Positions 1 to 9,553 of a stretch of 64,000 nt of DNA are shown here, one piece after another (the first letter of the stretch is position 1; each line of letters opens with the position of its first letter). The position numbers were made by a program, and so were the translations under genes. The DNA is taken from contig JAYQDD010000002.1 of assembly GCA_038138145.1 (NCBI GenBank), positions 80,681 through 144,680 of the forward strand, given 5' to 3'. The notes below the pieces were generated by a model that did not search any database, was not told where the DNA came from, and was given only the letters and a program-made list of their open reading frames with translations. The DNA is from Formosa sp. GTDB lineage: Bacteria > Bacteroidota > Bacteroidia > Flavobacteriales > Flavobacteriaceae.

Positions 1-237
1 ACGACCATAGCCACGACTTAAAACCGCTACTTTATAGTTGTGTTGAAGGTATTTGATTAAAAGCTCTATCATCGGTGTTTTACCTGTACCACCAACCGAT
101 AAATTCCCAACACAAATGATAGGTAAAGCATAAGATTTTGATTTTAAAAGGCCTAAATCGTAGCCCTTATTGCGCAAAAAAACAACAGTGTAATACAGCG
201 CATTGAAGGGAAATAATATTTTTCTTAAAAGCTTCAT
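1..237 (-). CDS. lpxK: tetraacyldisaccharide 4'-kinase, N-terminal part (gene runs off the window start)
   Basis: Manual reverse translation from ATG (revcomp 235-237): MKLLRKILFPFNALYY...ICVGNLSVGGTGKTPMIELL...SRGYGR. The VGNLSVGGTGKTP P-loop is typical of LpxK. Not in the ORF track because it is truncated. Confidence 0.8.
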   Translation of the reverse strand, partial: MKLLRKILFPFNALYYTVVFLRNKGYDLGLLKSKSYALPIICVGNLSVGGTGKTPMIELLIKYLQHNYKVAVLSRGYGR

Positions 238-257
238 CACAACGAAAGTAATTATTT

Positions 258-265
258 TATCTTTG
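258..265 (+). promoter_or_regulatory. candidate Bacteroidota sigma-A -7 box (TATCTTTG, TAnnTTTG consensus)
   Basis: Exact TAnnTTTG match 17 nt upstream of the ATG at 283. Confidence 0.45.
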
Positions 266-282
266 AAGTTAAACAAAATCTT

Positions 283-1377
283 ATGATAGTTCAAGACGTC
301 ATCAATCAACTCGAAGACCTTGCGCCTTTGGCCTATGCCGAAGAATTTGATAATGTTGGTCTTTTGGTCGGCGACAATCAAGCGGAAGTTACAGGAATTT
401 TGGTCACTTTGGATACCCTCCCCAAAGTCGTAGATGAAGCTATTGCAGAAAACTGCAACCTCATTGTGAGTTTTCATCCCATCATTTTTAAGGGCTTAAA
501 ATCCATTACGGGAAACTCATATGTGGAACGTGTGGTCCAAAAGGCCATCAAAAACGACATTGCCATTTTTGCCATACATACCGCTTTGGATAATGCTTTT
601 GAAGGCGTAAATGCGGAACTTTGCAACCGATTGGGATTAAAAAATAAATCCATTTTGATACCCCAATCAGGAACTATAAAAAAACTGACCACTTTTGTAC
701 CAAAACAAGATGCTGAAACTGTGCGAACAGCACTTTTTAAAGCCGGAGGCGGTGCCCTTGGAAAGTACGAAAATTGCAGTTTTAATAGCGACGGATTAGG
801 CACTTTTCAAGGCAATGATGAGGCCAATCCTACTATTGGAAAACCAAACGAATTTCAACGTGTGGAAGAAACACGAATAGACATCGTTTATGCAAAACAT
901 TTAGAATCCAAAATTTTAAATGCCTTGTTTCAAGCGCACCCTTACGAAGAAGTGGCTCATGAACTATCGACTTTAGACAACAAAAACCAACACATTGGTA
1001 TGGGGATGATCGGTGAACTCGATACGCCCATGAGTGAACATGATTTTCTTGGTTTGGTAAAACAAACAATGAAATGCGAAATGATAAAACACTCCAAACT
1101 ACTCAAAAAACCCATACAAAAGGTTGCTGTTTTGGGCGGATCGGGAAGTTTTGCCATTGGAGCGGCAAAAGCTGCTGGTGCCGATGCTTTTGTAACCTCT
1201 GACCTTAAATACCACGATTTTTTCAGTGCCGACCATCAAATTCTATTGATGGATATTGGCCATTATGAAAGTGAACAGTACACAAAAAACCTTTTAGTGA
1301 CCTATCTTAAGAAAAAAATTCCTAATTTTGCAGTCCTTTTATCAAAGATCAATACAAACCCGGTAAAGTATACATAA
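283..1377 (+). CDS. Nif3-like dinuclear metal center protein (YbgI/YqfO family, long form with inserted domain)
   Basis: 364-aa ORF. N-terminal LAPLAYAEEFDNVGLLVGD and HTALDN motifs are typical of NIF3/DUF34. It is followed by its usual COG1579 partner. Confidence 0.88.
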   Translation: MIVQDVINQLEDLAPLAYAEEFDNVGLLVGDNQAEVTGILVTLDTLPKVVDEAIAENCNLIVSFHPIIFKGLKSITGNSYVERVVQKAIKNDIAIFAIHTALDNAFEGVNAELCNRLGLKNKSILIPQSGTIKKLTTFVPKQDAETVRTALFKAGGGALGKYENCSFNSDGLGTFQGNDEANPTIGKPNEFQRVEETRIDIVYAKHLESKILNALFQAHPYEEVAHELSTLDNKNQHIGMGMIGELDTPMSEHDFLGLVKQTMKCEMIKHSKLLKKPIQKVAVLGGSGSFAIGAAKAAGADAFVTSDLKYHDFFSADHQILLMDIGHYESEQYTKNLLVTYLKKKIPNFAVLLSKINTNPVKYT

Positions 1378-1379
1378 AC

Positions 1380-2159
1380 ATGGCTAAGAAAAAAGAGCTA
1401 ACTGTTGAAGAACGATTGAGAGCATTGTACGATTTACAACTTATCGATTCTAGAGTGGACGAAATTCGTAATGTGCGCGGAGAACTTCCTTTGGAAGTAC
1501 GCGATTTGGAAGACGAAGTGGAAGGTTTTAAACTTAGACTTCAGAAATTGGAAGACAGTCTAACGGACATCGACAATCAAATTAAGGGAAAGAAAAACTT
1601 AATTGAAGAGGCCAAAGCACTCATCAAAAAATACAACGAACAACAAAAAAATGTGCGTAACAACAGAGAATTTAATTCTCTAGCCAAAGAAGTTGAGTTC
1701 CAAGAATTGGAAATACAATTGGCCGAAAAGCACATTAAAGAGTTTAAGGCGCAAATTGAACAAAAAAAGGAAGTGATTGAAGGCACCAAAGAGCGTTTGA
1801 AAGAACGTGAGGAACACCTCAAACACAAAAAAGGCGATTTGGATGCTATTCTTGCGGAAACCGAGAAAGAAGAAAAAGTTCTTCTTGAAAAATCGGAAGA
1901 ATACAAAACCAAAATTGAGGAGCGTTTGGCCAAGGCCTACACCAAAATCCGCACCAATGTAAAAAATGGTTTAGCGGTTGTTGCCATCGAAAGAGGTGCT
2001 TCTGGGGGCTCGTATTTTACGATTCCACCACAAGTACAGGTGGAGATTGCCTCGCGCAAAAAAATCATTACCGACGAGCACAGTGGCCGTATTTTGGTAG
2101 ATGCCGAACTCGCTGAAGAACAAAGAGTAAAAATGGAAAAGTTATTTTCTACTATGTAA
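1380..2159 (+). CDS. COG1579-type coiled-coil protein (family usually annotated 'zinc ribbon domain-containing')
   Basis: 259-aa E/K-rich coiled coil, starting 3 nt after the Nif3 stop (a conserved pairing). The C-terminal IPPQ...GRILV segment matches the family's ribbon region but has no cysteines. Confidence 0.7.
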   Translation: MAKKKELTVEERLRALYDLQLIDSRVDEIRNVRGELPLEVRDLEDEVEGFKLRLQKLEDSLTDIDNQIKGKKNLIEEAKALIKKYNEQQKNVRNNREFNSLAKEVEFQELEIQLAEKHIKEFKAQIEQKKEVIEGTKERLKEREEHLKHKKGDLDAILAETEKEEKVLLEKSEEYKTKIEERLAKAYTKIRTNVKNGLAVVAIERGASGGSYFTIPPQVQVEIASRKKIITDEHSGRILVDAELAEEQRVKMEKLFSTM

Positions 2160-2180
2160 TAAATAACCCTACGCATACCA

Positions 2181-2210
2181 AAAACCCTCACCAAACGTGA
2201 GGGTTTTTTT
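2181..2210 (+). terminator. rho-independent terminator
   Basis: Stem ccctcac (2185-2191) / gtgaggg (2197-2203), followed by T7. Confidence 0.8.
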
Positions 2211-2408
2211 GTGCTGTAGCCCTTTTGTTTTAAAAAATTTTATACATTTGATGTGAATAGCACCCAAATCTATTCTTCAAAACCATGAATGACCTACACC
2301 AGTTTCTGTAGATTTTATTTTTTTAAAAACTAAGGTTTAGTTGTTGAAGATGTTTATTTGGGGGTAATATTGCGCACAATGCTGACCAACCGTTTAAACA
2401 ACAATTAA

Positions 2409-3044
2409 ATGAAAAAAAACTTACTATCCATAATGATGATTCTAGCATACAATTTTGGTTTTTGCCAAACTATTCATGCTGAAATTGGTCACTTACTGGA
2501 AAAAAGGAAGTTTATTCCACAACCAAAAAGAGAATTGCCAAGAGAATTCCATTTGAATAATTATAATAAAGTAAAGACGATAAGAAGTGATTCCAGATTT
2601 AAATTATACAATGATTTAAATCCATTTGAAAACTTTGAAATTGATTTTTCACACTACAAGACCTACAACTATTCGGGTGGGAAACTTTCTGAAGAAAAGT
2701 TAAATGGAAGAGTCCTAAAAAAATATTTTTATTTTAACGACAAATTGAGTTTAATAGAGAGTTATGGCTACGATAACGATTACAAATATTTATATAACCG
2801 ATTTTTTCTCAGAAAAACACATGAACCAAATGACTTTTCTGGTTTAAATTCTAAGTACAGCAAAACTACTAAGCACAAGAACGAAGAATATTTTATAAGT
2901 AATGAAAACAATTTAGGTTATGTGGGTTACATCTATGATTTACAGAACAAAAAATATACTTTAAAATATACAGAATCTAAAAAAAAGATTTTAAACAATA
3001 AAAGTGTAATTGAGTCAGTAAAATTAGAAAAAATGGAAAAGTAA
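2409..3044 (+). CDS. hypothetical secreted protein (N-terminal signal peptide, K/N/Y-rich, very AT-rich gene)
   Basis: 211-aa ORF with N-terminus MKKNLLSIMMILAYNFGFCQ. I recognise no family. Confidence 0.5.
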   Translation: MKKNLLSIMMILAYNFGFCQTIHAEIGHLLEKRKFIPQPKRELPREFHLNNYNKVKTIRSDSRFKLYNDLNPFENFEIDFSHYKTYNYSGGKLSEEKLNGRVLKKYFYFNDKLSLIESYGYDNDYKYLYNRFFLRKTHEPNDFSGLNSKYSKTTKHKNEEYFISNENNLGYVGYIYDLQNKKYTLKYTESKKKILNNKSVIESVKLEKMEK

Positions 3045-3121
3045 TTTTGGATTTAGTTTACAACTACATTCAAAGTGGAATCTTTTTGTTTGTAAATATT
3101 ATTGATAGAAAATACCAAAGA

Positions 3122-3359
3122 TATGGAATAAGCAAAATTTACAATTTAAATTATCAGCTCATAGAACTATTTCGAATCGTTTTTTGAATATTTTGACATT
3201 ATTGCAAAACGTCCTTTTTCCTTTGAATCTGTAGATTATATAAAAAAAGGATATAGACGGTGTGTATGTGGAGTTGATAGTATTTACTACAGAATCAATC
3301 AAAATATTGTGGAAATAATGGCTATTGTCGGAAGACAAGACTTGAATGAAAAATTATAA
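3122..3359 (+). pseudogene. decayed RelE/ParE-family toxin gene (frameshifted, no start codon, internally shortened)
   Basis: Manual translation of 3165-3356 gives ...FEYFDIIAKRPFSFESVDYIKKGYRRCVCGVDSIYYRINQNIVEIMAIVGRQDLNEKL*. This resembles the ParE C-terminal pattern (IRKGY...h.hFYKI...I.I..I.H.R.D). The upstream part (KIYNLNYQLIELFRIVF) is in another frame, with the shift at the T6 run 3180-3185. There is no in-frame ATG and no antitoxin ORF. Confidence 0.55.
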
Positions 3360-3470
3360 CTGATAAAAACTATTACCAACAATTAAAACAGTCAAAAAAT
3401 AAGATTTTTTAACCAAAATTTCACAAAATACCATTGGTGGATGCTTAATTTTACCGCAAATACATGCGCC

Positions 3471-4133
3471 ATGAAAAACATCTTTTTAATCCTTCCCCTA
3501 CTCTTTTGCAGCAGTATAAGTTGTCAAAACAACAACACCCAAAACGCCAAACAGCAAGCCGTCATCAATGCCAAGCCCATTGAAATTCCCCTAGAAAATG
3601 GCATCGCTAAGGCCTATTTTGCCAGTGGGTGTTTTTGGTGTGTCGAGGCCGTTTATGAAAGTGTACACGGCGTACAAGAAGCCATTAGTGGTTATGCGGG
3701 TGGGTTTACCGACAACCCTACCTACGCCCTCAGCAACACTGGCCGTACAGGCCATGCCGAAGCTGTGGAAGTTCTTTATGACCCTTCCATTGTTTCGTTT
3801 GCTACACTAGTAGATGTGTATTTTGGTTCTCAAAATGTAGCGCAAGTCAACGGTCAAGGCCCAGACAGAGGGTCGCAATACCGTTCCATTATTTTCTACC
3901 AAAATGAAGAACAAAAAGCGATTATTTTAAAGAAAAAAGCCGCCATCGCCAAAGCACAAAAAGTGAATGTAGCCGCAGAAGTGTATCCGTTTCAAAAATT
4001 TTGGAAAGCCGAAGCATACCACCAAAATTATGAACGTTTACACCCCAATAACCCCTATGTACGCAATGTTTCTATTCCAAGACTAAGACGTTTTCAAGCC
4101 AAATTTCCTCATCTTTTAAAGGCAAATCATTAG
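3471..4133 (+). CDS. msrA: peptide-methionine (S)-S-oxide reductase MsrA, exported form
   Basis: GCFWCVE active-site motif. The internal ATG at 3471 gives a signal peptide, MKNIFLILPLLFCSSISCQ. Confidence 0.9.
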   Translation: MKNIFLILPLLFCSSISCQNNNTQNAKQQAVINAKPIEIPLENGIAKAYFASGCFWCVEAVYESVHGVQEAISGYAGGFTDNPTYALSNTGRTGHAEAVEVLYDPSIVSFATLVDVYFGSQNVAQVNGQGPDRGSQYRSIIFYQNEEQKAIILKKKAAIAKAQKVNVAAEVYPFQKFWKAEAYHQNYERLHPNNPYVRNVSIPRLRRFQAKFPHLLKANH

Positions 4134-4175
4134 AATCCAAAACCTTAGTAAATTTTATAATCGGCGAAAAATGGC

Positions 4176-4183
4176 TACATTTG
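4176..4183 (+). promoter_or_regulatory. candidate -7 box (TACATTTG) for the kynurenine operon
   Basis: Exact TAnnTTTG match 22 nt upstream of the TTG start at 4206. Confidence 0.4.
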
Positions 4184-4205
4184 AGTACACTCAAAACAGA
4201 CAAAT

Positions 4206-5474
4206 TTGTTTTCATTTGAACCACATCTTGAATTTGCGTTAAACTTAGACCGGAACGATCCAATTGCTAAGTACAGAACTGCATTCCACATCCCCAAAGA
4301 TGAGCATGGAAACGATTGGTTGTATTTTACGGGGAATTCTCTAGGGCTACAGCCCAAAAGCACCAAAACTGCCATTGAGCAAGAGCTAAACGATTGGGCC
4401 AATTTGGGTGTCGAAGGCCATTTTGAAGCCAAAAATCCATGGATGCCTTACCACGAATACCTAACGGAACGTATGGCCAAAATTGTGGGAGCAAAACCCC
4501 TAGAAGTTGTGGTCATGAACACCCTGTCCGCCAACCTTCATTTGTTGATGGTTTCCTTCTTTAACCCCACAAAAAAAAGACATAAAATCCTTATTGAAAG
4601 TGACGCTTTCCCCTCCGATCGCTATGCCGTTCAAACCCAATTGGCGTTTCATGGATATGACCCCAATGAAGATCTTATTGAGTGGACGCCTCGTACAGGT
4701 GAAAAATTATTGCACATTGAGGATTTAGAACAAATTCTTGAAACGCGAGGCGAGGAAATTGCCCTCTTGCTTATTGGTGGAGTAAATTACTATACAGGGC
4801 AATATTTAGACCTCAAAAAAATTGCAAATCTCGGCCATGCCAAAGGGTGCAAAGTAGGGATTGATTTGGCGCATGGCGCAGGAAATATTGAACCCAAATT
4901 GCACGATTCAGGGGTAGATTTTGCGGCATGGTGTACCTATAAATACCTGAATTCAGGCCCTGGAAGTTTAGGGGCAATATTTGTTCATGAACGTTATGCA
5001 CACGATAAAAATTTGAAGCGTTTTGCTGGATGGTGGAGCCAAAACAAAGCCACGCGTTTTGATATGCGGCAACCCTTGGACATCACTCCGGGGGCCGAGG
5101 GATGGCAACTCAGTAACCCGCCGATACTTTCTATGGCGGCCATCAAATCGTCCTTAGATTTATTTAACGAAGTAGGGATGAATGCTTTGCGCCAAAAATC
5201 AATTCAACTCACCAGCTATTTAGAATACCTCATCAACGGGTTAAACCATCAAGACATCAAAATTATCACGCCAAGTGATCCTCATCAACGTGGTTGTCAA
5301 TTGTCGATTCAAGTGAAAAATGCAGATAAAAATCTTCACAAAAAACTAACCGATCAACATGTGATTACCGATTGGAGAGAACCAGACGTGATTCGCTGTG
5401 CACCTGTGCCTTTTTACAATTCTTATGAAGATGTATTCCGAATGGTTGAAATATTAAAAACCCTACTGCCATGA
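4206..5474 (+). CDS. kynU: kynureninase (TTG start)
   Basis: 422 aa with the PLP-lysine region CTYKYLNSGPG, typical of kynureninase. Overlaps the next gene by 4 nt. Confidence 0.9.
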   Translation: MFSFEPHLEFALNLDRNDPIAKYRTAFHIPKDEHGNDWLYFTGNSLGLQPKSTKTAIEQELNDWANLGVEGHFEAKNPWMPYHEYLTERMAKIVGAKPLEVVVMNTLSANLHLLMVSFFNPTKKRHKILIESDAFPSDRYAVQTQLAFHGYDPNEDLIEWTPRTGEKLLHIEDLEQILETRGEEIALLLIGGVNYYTGQYLDLKKIANLGHAKGCKVGIDLAHGAGNIEPKLHDSGVDFAAWCTYKYLNSGPGSLGAIFVHERYAHDKNLKRFAGWWSQNKATRFDMRQPLDITPGAEGWQLSNPPILSMAAIKSSLDLFNEVGMNALRQKSIQLTSYLEYLINGLNHQDIKIITPSDPHQRGCQLSIQVKNADKNLHKKLTDQHVITDWREPDVIRCAPVPFYNSYEDVFRMVEILKTLLP

Positions 5475-6874
5475 AACAAAAAGAACATATTTTAATTATT
5501 GGTGCTGGGTTATGTGGGTCGCTACTCGCATTACGCCTTGGTCAGCGGGGCTACAAAGTGCATGTAATGGAATTCCGCCCAGACCTTCGAAAAGTGGACC
5601 TCAGCGCAGGGCGTTCAATAAATTTGGCCTTTTCAAATCGAGGGTTAAAAGCCATGAAAATGGTGGGATTAGAAGATAAAGTCAAAACGCTTTGTATTCC
5701 TATGCATGGCCGAATGTTGCATGACAAAAACGGAGCAACAAAACTCTCAAAATACAGCGGACGAGAAGGAGAATACATCAATTCTATTTCGAGAGAATTA
5801 CTCACCGCTTTGCTTATCGATGAAGCAGAGGCATTGGAAAATGTTACCATTACATTTGACCATAAATGCACGGACGTCGATTTTGAAAATAATGTCGCTA
5901 AATTCACAAACACAAGCAATGGAAATCAACTTGAATATTCAGCAGACCTTATTTTTGGCACCGATGGTGCGGGCTCAGCACTCCGAAAAAGTTATTTTTC
6001 AGAACGTAAATTTTTGTTTAGTTTTTCTCAGAACTTTCTCACACACGGCTACAAAGAATTGACCATTCCACCCACAAGAGGTGGTGGTTTTAGAACTTTT
6101 AAAAATGCCTTACACATTTGGCCTAGAGGCGAATACATGATTATTGCGTTGCCAAATTTAGATGGTAGTTTTACGGTGACTTTATTTTTGGCCTATGAAG
6201 GAGGAACTTATAATTTCAACAATTTAACAACTGAAGAAAAAGTGCTTGAATTTTTCAGCAAAGAGTTCCCCGATGCTATGGAATTGATGCCCAATTTAGC
6301 TACAGAGTTTTTTGAAAATCCTACTGCGCCATTAGGTACAATTAAATGTTACCCATGGCAATACAAAGGCAAAAATATCCTCTTGGGGGATGCGGCACAT
6401 GCAATTGTTCCCTTTTATGGCCAAGGCATGAATGCCTCTTTTGAGGATGTGGTAGAATTAGACTCATTTTTGGAAGAACACAACGGAAATTGGGAAGACA
6501 CTTTTGATGGCTTTCAACAAAAAAGAAAAGTAGATACCGATGGTATTGCCGATTTGGCTATTGATAATTTTCATGAAATGAAAGACCATGTCGCCAACCC
6601 TCTTTTTCAGAAAAAGCGGGCATTAGAGATGGCTTTAGAAACAGAATTGCCTAAAGATTATTTTTCAAAATATTCATTAGTGACCTTTTGTGAACACATT
6701 GGATATCATGAAGCCATGACTCGTGGTAGAGCACAAGATAAAGCCATATTGAATATGATTGATGACAATGAAATTGATCTACAAATGCCCATTGATAAAC
6801 TTCATGAAAAGATAAAAAAAGAAACCAATTCCATTTTGGAAGATGATAAAGTTGCAAAAACTTTACATCATTAA
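5471..6874 (+). CDS. kmo: kynurenine 3-monooxygenase (FAD-dependent)
   Basis: GAGLCGS dinucleotide fold at the N-terminus, [16 protein letters not shown] motif, 467 aa. Confidence 0.9.
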   Translation: MKQKEHILIIGAGLCGSLLALRLGQRGYKVHVMEFRPDLRKVDLSAGRSINLAFSNRGLKAMKMVGLEDKVKTLCIPMHGRMLHDKNGATKLSKYSGREGEYINSISRELLTALLIDEAEALENVTITFDHKCTDVDFENNVAKFTNTSNGNQLEYSADLIFGTDGAGSALRKSYFSERKFLFSFSQNFLTHGYKELTIPPTRGGGFRTFKNALHIWPRGEYMIIALPNLDGSFTVTLFLAYEGGTYNFNNLTTEEKVLEFFSKEFPDAMELMPNLATEFFENPTAPLGTIKCYPWQYKGKNILLGDAAHAIVPFYGQGMNASFEDVVELDSFLEEHNGNWEDTFDGFQQKRKVDTDGIADLAIDNFHEMKDHVANPLFQKKRALEMALETELPKDYFSKYSLVTFCEHIGYHEAMTRGRAQDKAILNMIDDNEIDLQMPIDKLHEKIKKETNSILEDDKVAKTLHH

Positions 6875-6879
6875 ATACA

Positions 6880-7293
6880 ATGTTGATTATGAGTAAAACA
6901 GTCACACCACGAGGCGCCTATCCACACACCAAACGTGTGGGTGATTTTATTTTTGTTTCAGGAACAAGTTCAAGACGAGCGGATAACTCCATTGCTGGCG
7001 TAGAAATTATAGACGCTATGGGTACCAAAAAATTGGACGTTGCCGTACAAACACGAGAAGTGCTTCAAAACATAGATAAAAACTTGGCCAAAGAAGGCGC
7101 ATCATTAGCCGATGTGGTTGATGTCACCTCATTTTTGGTGAACATGAACGATTTTGCAGATTATAACAAGGCCTATGCCGAGTTTTTTAATCCTGAAAAT
7201 GGGCCAACACGCACTACGGTAGCGGTACACCAACTCCCCCATCCCGATTTGGTCATAGAAATAAAAGTTGTAGCGTACAAAAAACAGAGCTAA
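6880..7293 (+). CDS. RidA/YjgF-family protein (candidate 2-aminomuconate deaminase)
   Basis: 137 aa with a YjgF-like pattern (GDFIFVSG..., TTVAV). The deaminase role is inferred from the operon context between kmo and the aldehyde dehydrogenase. Confidence 0.75.
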   Translation: MLIMSKTVTPRGAYPHTKRVGDFIFVSGTSSRRADNSIAGVEIIDAMGTKKLDVAVQTREVLQNIDKNLAKEGASLADVVDVTSFLVNMNDFADYNKAYAEFFNPENGPTRTTVAVHQLPHPDLVIEIKVVAYKKQS

Positions 7294-8735
7294 TGATCAT
7301 CAAAAATTACATCAACGGCACCTATTGTTCACCATCAAATGATGCGTGGCTGGATGTAATTGACCCCAGTATTGGTGAAGTTTATGGGAAACTTCCAAAC
7401 TCGGACAGTTTTGATGTACAACAAGCCGTCGAAGCCGCAGAAAAAGCATTCCCAGACTGGTCCAAAACTAGCGTACAAAAACGAAGTGCCATTTTATCCA
7501 AAATTGCAGATTTAATTGAAGAACATTTAGAGGTATTGGCCAAGGCCGAAAGTATGGATAACGGTAAGCCAATCACGTTGGCAAAAACGGTCGATATTCC
7601 TAGAGCAGCAAGTAATTTTAGATTTTTCAGCCATGCTATTACTCAATTTTATAGTGAAAGTCATGAACAAATTGCGCAAAAGTCAATCAATTTTACACTG
7701 CGTCAACCCATTGGCATTGTGGGTTGTATTTCGCCATGGAATTTACCCCTTTATTTATTTACATGGAAAATAGCACCTGCGTTGGCCACTGGAAATTGCG
7801 TGGTGGCCAAACCTAGTGAAGTAACACCTTACACCGCATTTTTGTTGGGTGATCTTTGCAGCAAAGCAGGACTTCCTAACGGGGTTTTAAACATTGTTCA
7901 TGGATTGGGTTCAACCACAGGGCAAGCGATTGTAGAACACCCCAATATCAAAGCTATATCTTTTACAGGAGGCACCAAAACCGGTGCACATATTGCGCGT
8001 ACAGCTGCACCCCTATTTAAAAAATTATCGCTAGAACTCGGAGGAAAAAACCCAAATATCATTTTTGCCGATTGTGACTATGATAAAATGCTGACGACAA
8101 CCATAAAATCAGCTTTTGCAAACCAAGGGCAAATTTGTCTTTGCGGAAGTCGAATTTTTGTTGAAGCAACCCTATATGAGCAATTCAAAAATGATTTTAT
8201 AAAAAAAGTAAAAGAATTAAAAGTTGGCTTACCTTCTGAAAAAAATAGTGATTTAGGGGCATTGGTTTCAAAACCTCACTTGGAAAAAGTTTTAAGTTTC
8301 ATAGAAACAGCAAAGCAAGAAAAAATGAATATTTTGTGTGGTGGCCAAAGGGTTTCTATAGAAAACGCCAAAAATGGTTATTATATGGAACCCACAGTCA
8401 TTGAAGTTCCTCACAACGATTGTGTATTGAATCAAGAAGAAATTTTTGGCCCTGTGGTTACCCTCATGCCTTTTGAAAATGACGAGGAGGCACTGGCGCT
8501 TGCCAATGCTACTCCATATGGTCTTTCCGCTACGGTTTGGACCAATAATCTGAAACGTAGCTTGTATTTTTCAGCGCATTTACAAACGGGCATAGTTTGG
8601 GTAAACACATGGATGCAACGCGATTTACGTACCCCGTTTGGTGGTCAAAAAAATTCTGGAGTAGGCCGCGAAGGCGGTTTTGAAGTATTACGTTTTTTTA
8701 CAGAAGCTAAAAATGTATGTATTAATTATGAATAA
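7293..8735 (+). CDS. NAD-dependent aldehyde dehydrogenase (candidate 2-aminomuconate-6-semialdehyde dehydrogenase)
   Basis: 480 aa with ELGGKNP and GQICLCGSR catalytic motifs. Its start overlaps the RidA stop. Confidence 0.8.
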   Translation: MIIKNYINGTYCSPSNDAWLDVIDPSIGEVYGKLPNSDSFDVQQAVEAAEKAFPDWSKTSVQKRSAILSKIADLIEEHLEVLAKAESMDNGKPITLAKTVDIPRAASNFRFFSHAITQFYSESHEQIAQKSINFTLRQPIGIVGCISPWNLPLYLFTWKIAPALATGNCVVAKPSEVTPYTAFLLGDLCSKAGLPNGVLNIVHGLGSTTGQAIVEHPNIKAISFTGGTKTGAHIARTAAPLFKKLSLELGGKNPNIIFADCDYDKMLTTTIKSAFANQGQICLCGSRIFVEATLYEQFKNDFIKKVKELKVGLPSEKNSDLGALVSKPHLEKVLSFIETAKQEKMNILCGGQRVSIENAKNGYYMEPTVIEVPHNDCVLNQEEIFGPVVTLMPFENDEEALALANATPYGLSATVWTNNLKRSLYFSAHLQTGIVWVNTWMQRDLRTPFGGQKNSGVGREGGFEVLRFFTEAKNVCINYE

Positions 8736-8741
8736 GGTTTT

Positions 8742-9524
8742 ATGGAATTAAATTTAAAAAATAAATCCGCATTAGTTTGTGGCAGTACGCAAGGGATTGG
8801 ACGTGCAACAGCGATGGCACTAGCTAGTGAAGGTGCGCGAATTACGCTGATTGCTCGAAATGAACAAAAGCTAAAACAAGTCCTGTCTGAGCTACCAAAA
8901 ACTGCGCATCATGACTATATTGTCGCTGATTTTTCTGATCCAAATGAATTAAAATCCAATGTGGAACGTTATTTATCCTCAAATTCAGGATTTCATATTC
9001 TTGTGAACAATACTGGCGGGCCTCGAAGTGGCGCCATTATAGAAGCTACTTTAGAGCAATTTGAATTGGCGTTTACACAGCATTTAAAATGTAATCATGT
9101 ACTAACGCAATTGCTTACCCCTTTTATGAAATCGGAACAATACGGCCGTATCATCAATGTGATTTCCACATCAGTAAAAGAACCCATTGAGGGTTTAGGC
9201 GTTAGCAATACCATTCGAAATGCTGTGGGTAATTGGAGTAAAACCCTTTCTTTTGAATTGGGCGCATTTGGAATAACAGTAAACAATGTATTACCTGGCT
9301 TTACAGAAACAGAACGCCTAAATGAAATCATTGACATCAAATCTAAAAAGGCACAAGTTTCATTTGAAGAAATGGAGGCTATTATGAAAACGTACACTCC
9401 TGCAAAACGCTTTGCAAAACCAGAAGAAACAGCCAATGCAATCGTGTTTTTGGCCAGTGAAGCGGCGAGTTATATCAATGGGGTTAATATTCCTGTTGAC
9501 GGTGGACGAACAAAATCTTTGTAA
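8742..9524 (+). CDS. SDR-family protein with non-canonical active site
   Basis: GSTQGIG and NNTGG cofactor motifs plus ITVNNVLPG. SNTIR (9204-9218) sits where YxxxK is expected. Confidence 0.8.
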   Translation: MELNLKNKSALVCGSTQGIGRATAMALASEGARITLIARNEQKLKQVLSELPKTAHHDYIVADFSDPNELKSNVERYLSSNSGFHILVNNTGGPRSGAIIEATLEQFELAFTQHLKCNHVLTQLLTPFMKSEQYGRIINVISTSVKEPIEGLGVSNTIRNAVGNWSKTLSFELGAFGITVNNVLPGFTETERLNEIIDIKSKKAQVSFEEMEAIMKTYTPAKRFAKPEETANAIVFLASEAASYINGVNIPVDGGRTKSL

Positions 9525-9553
9525 CTTTATACGCATAAAATAAATATATAAAC

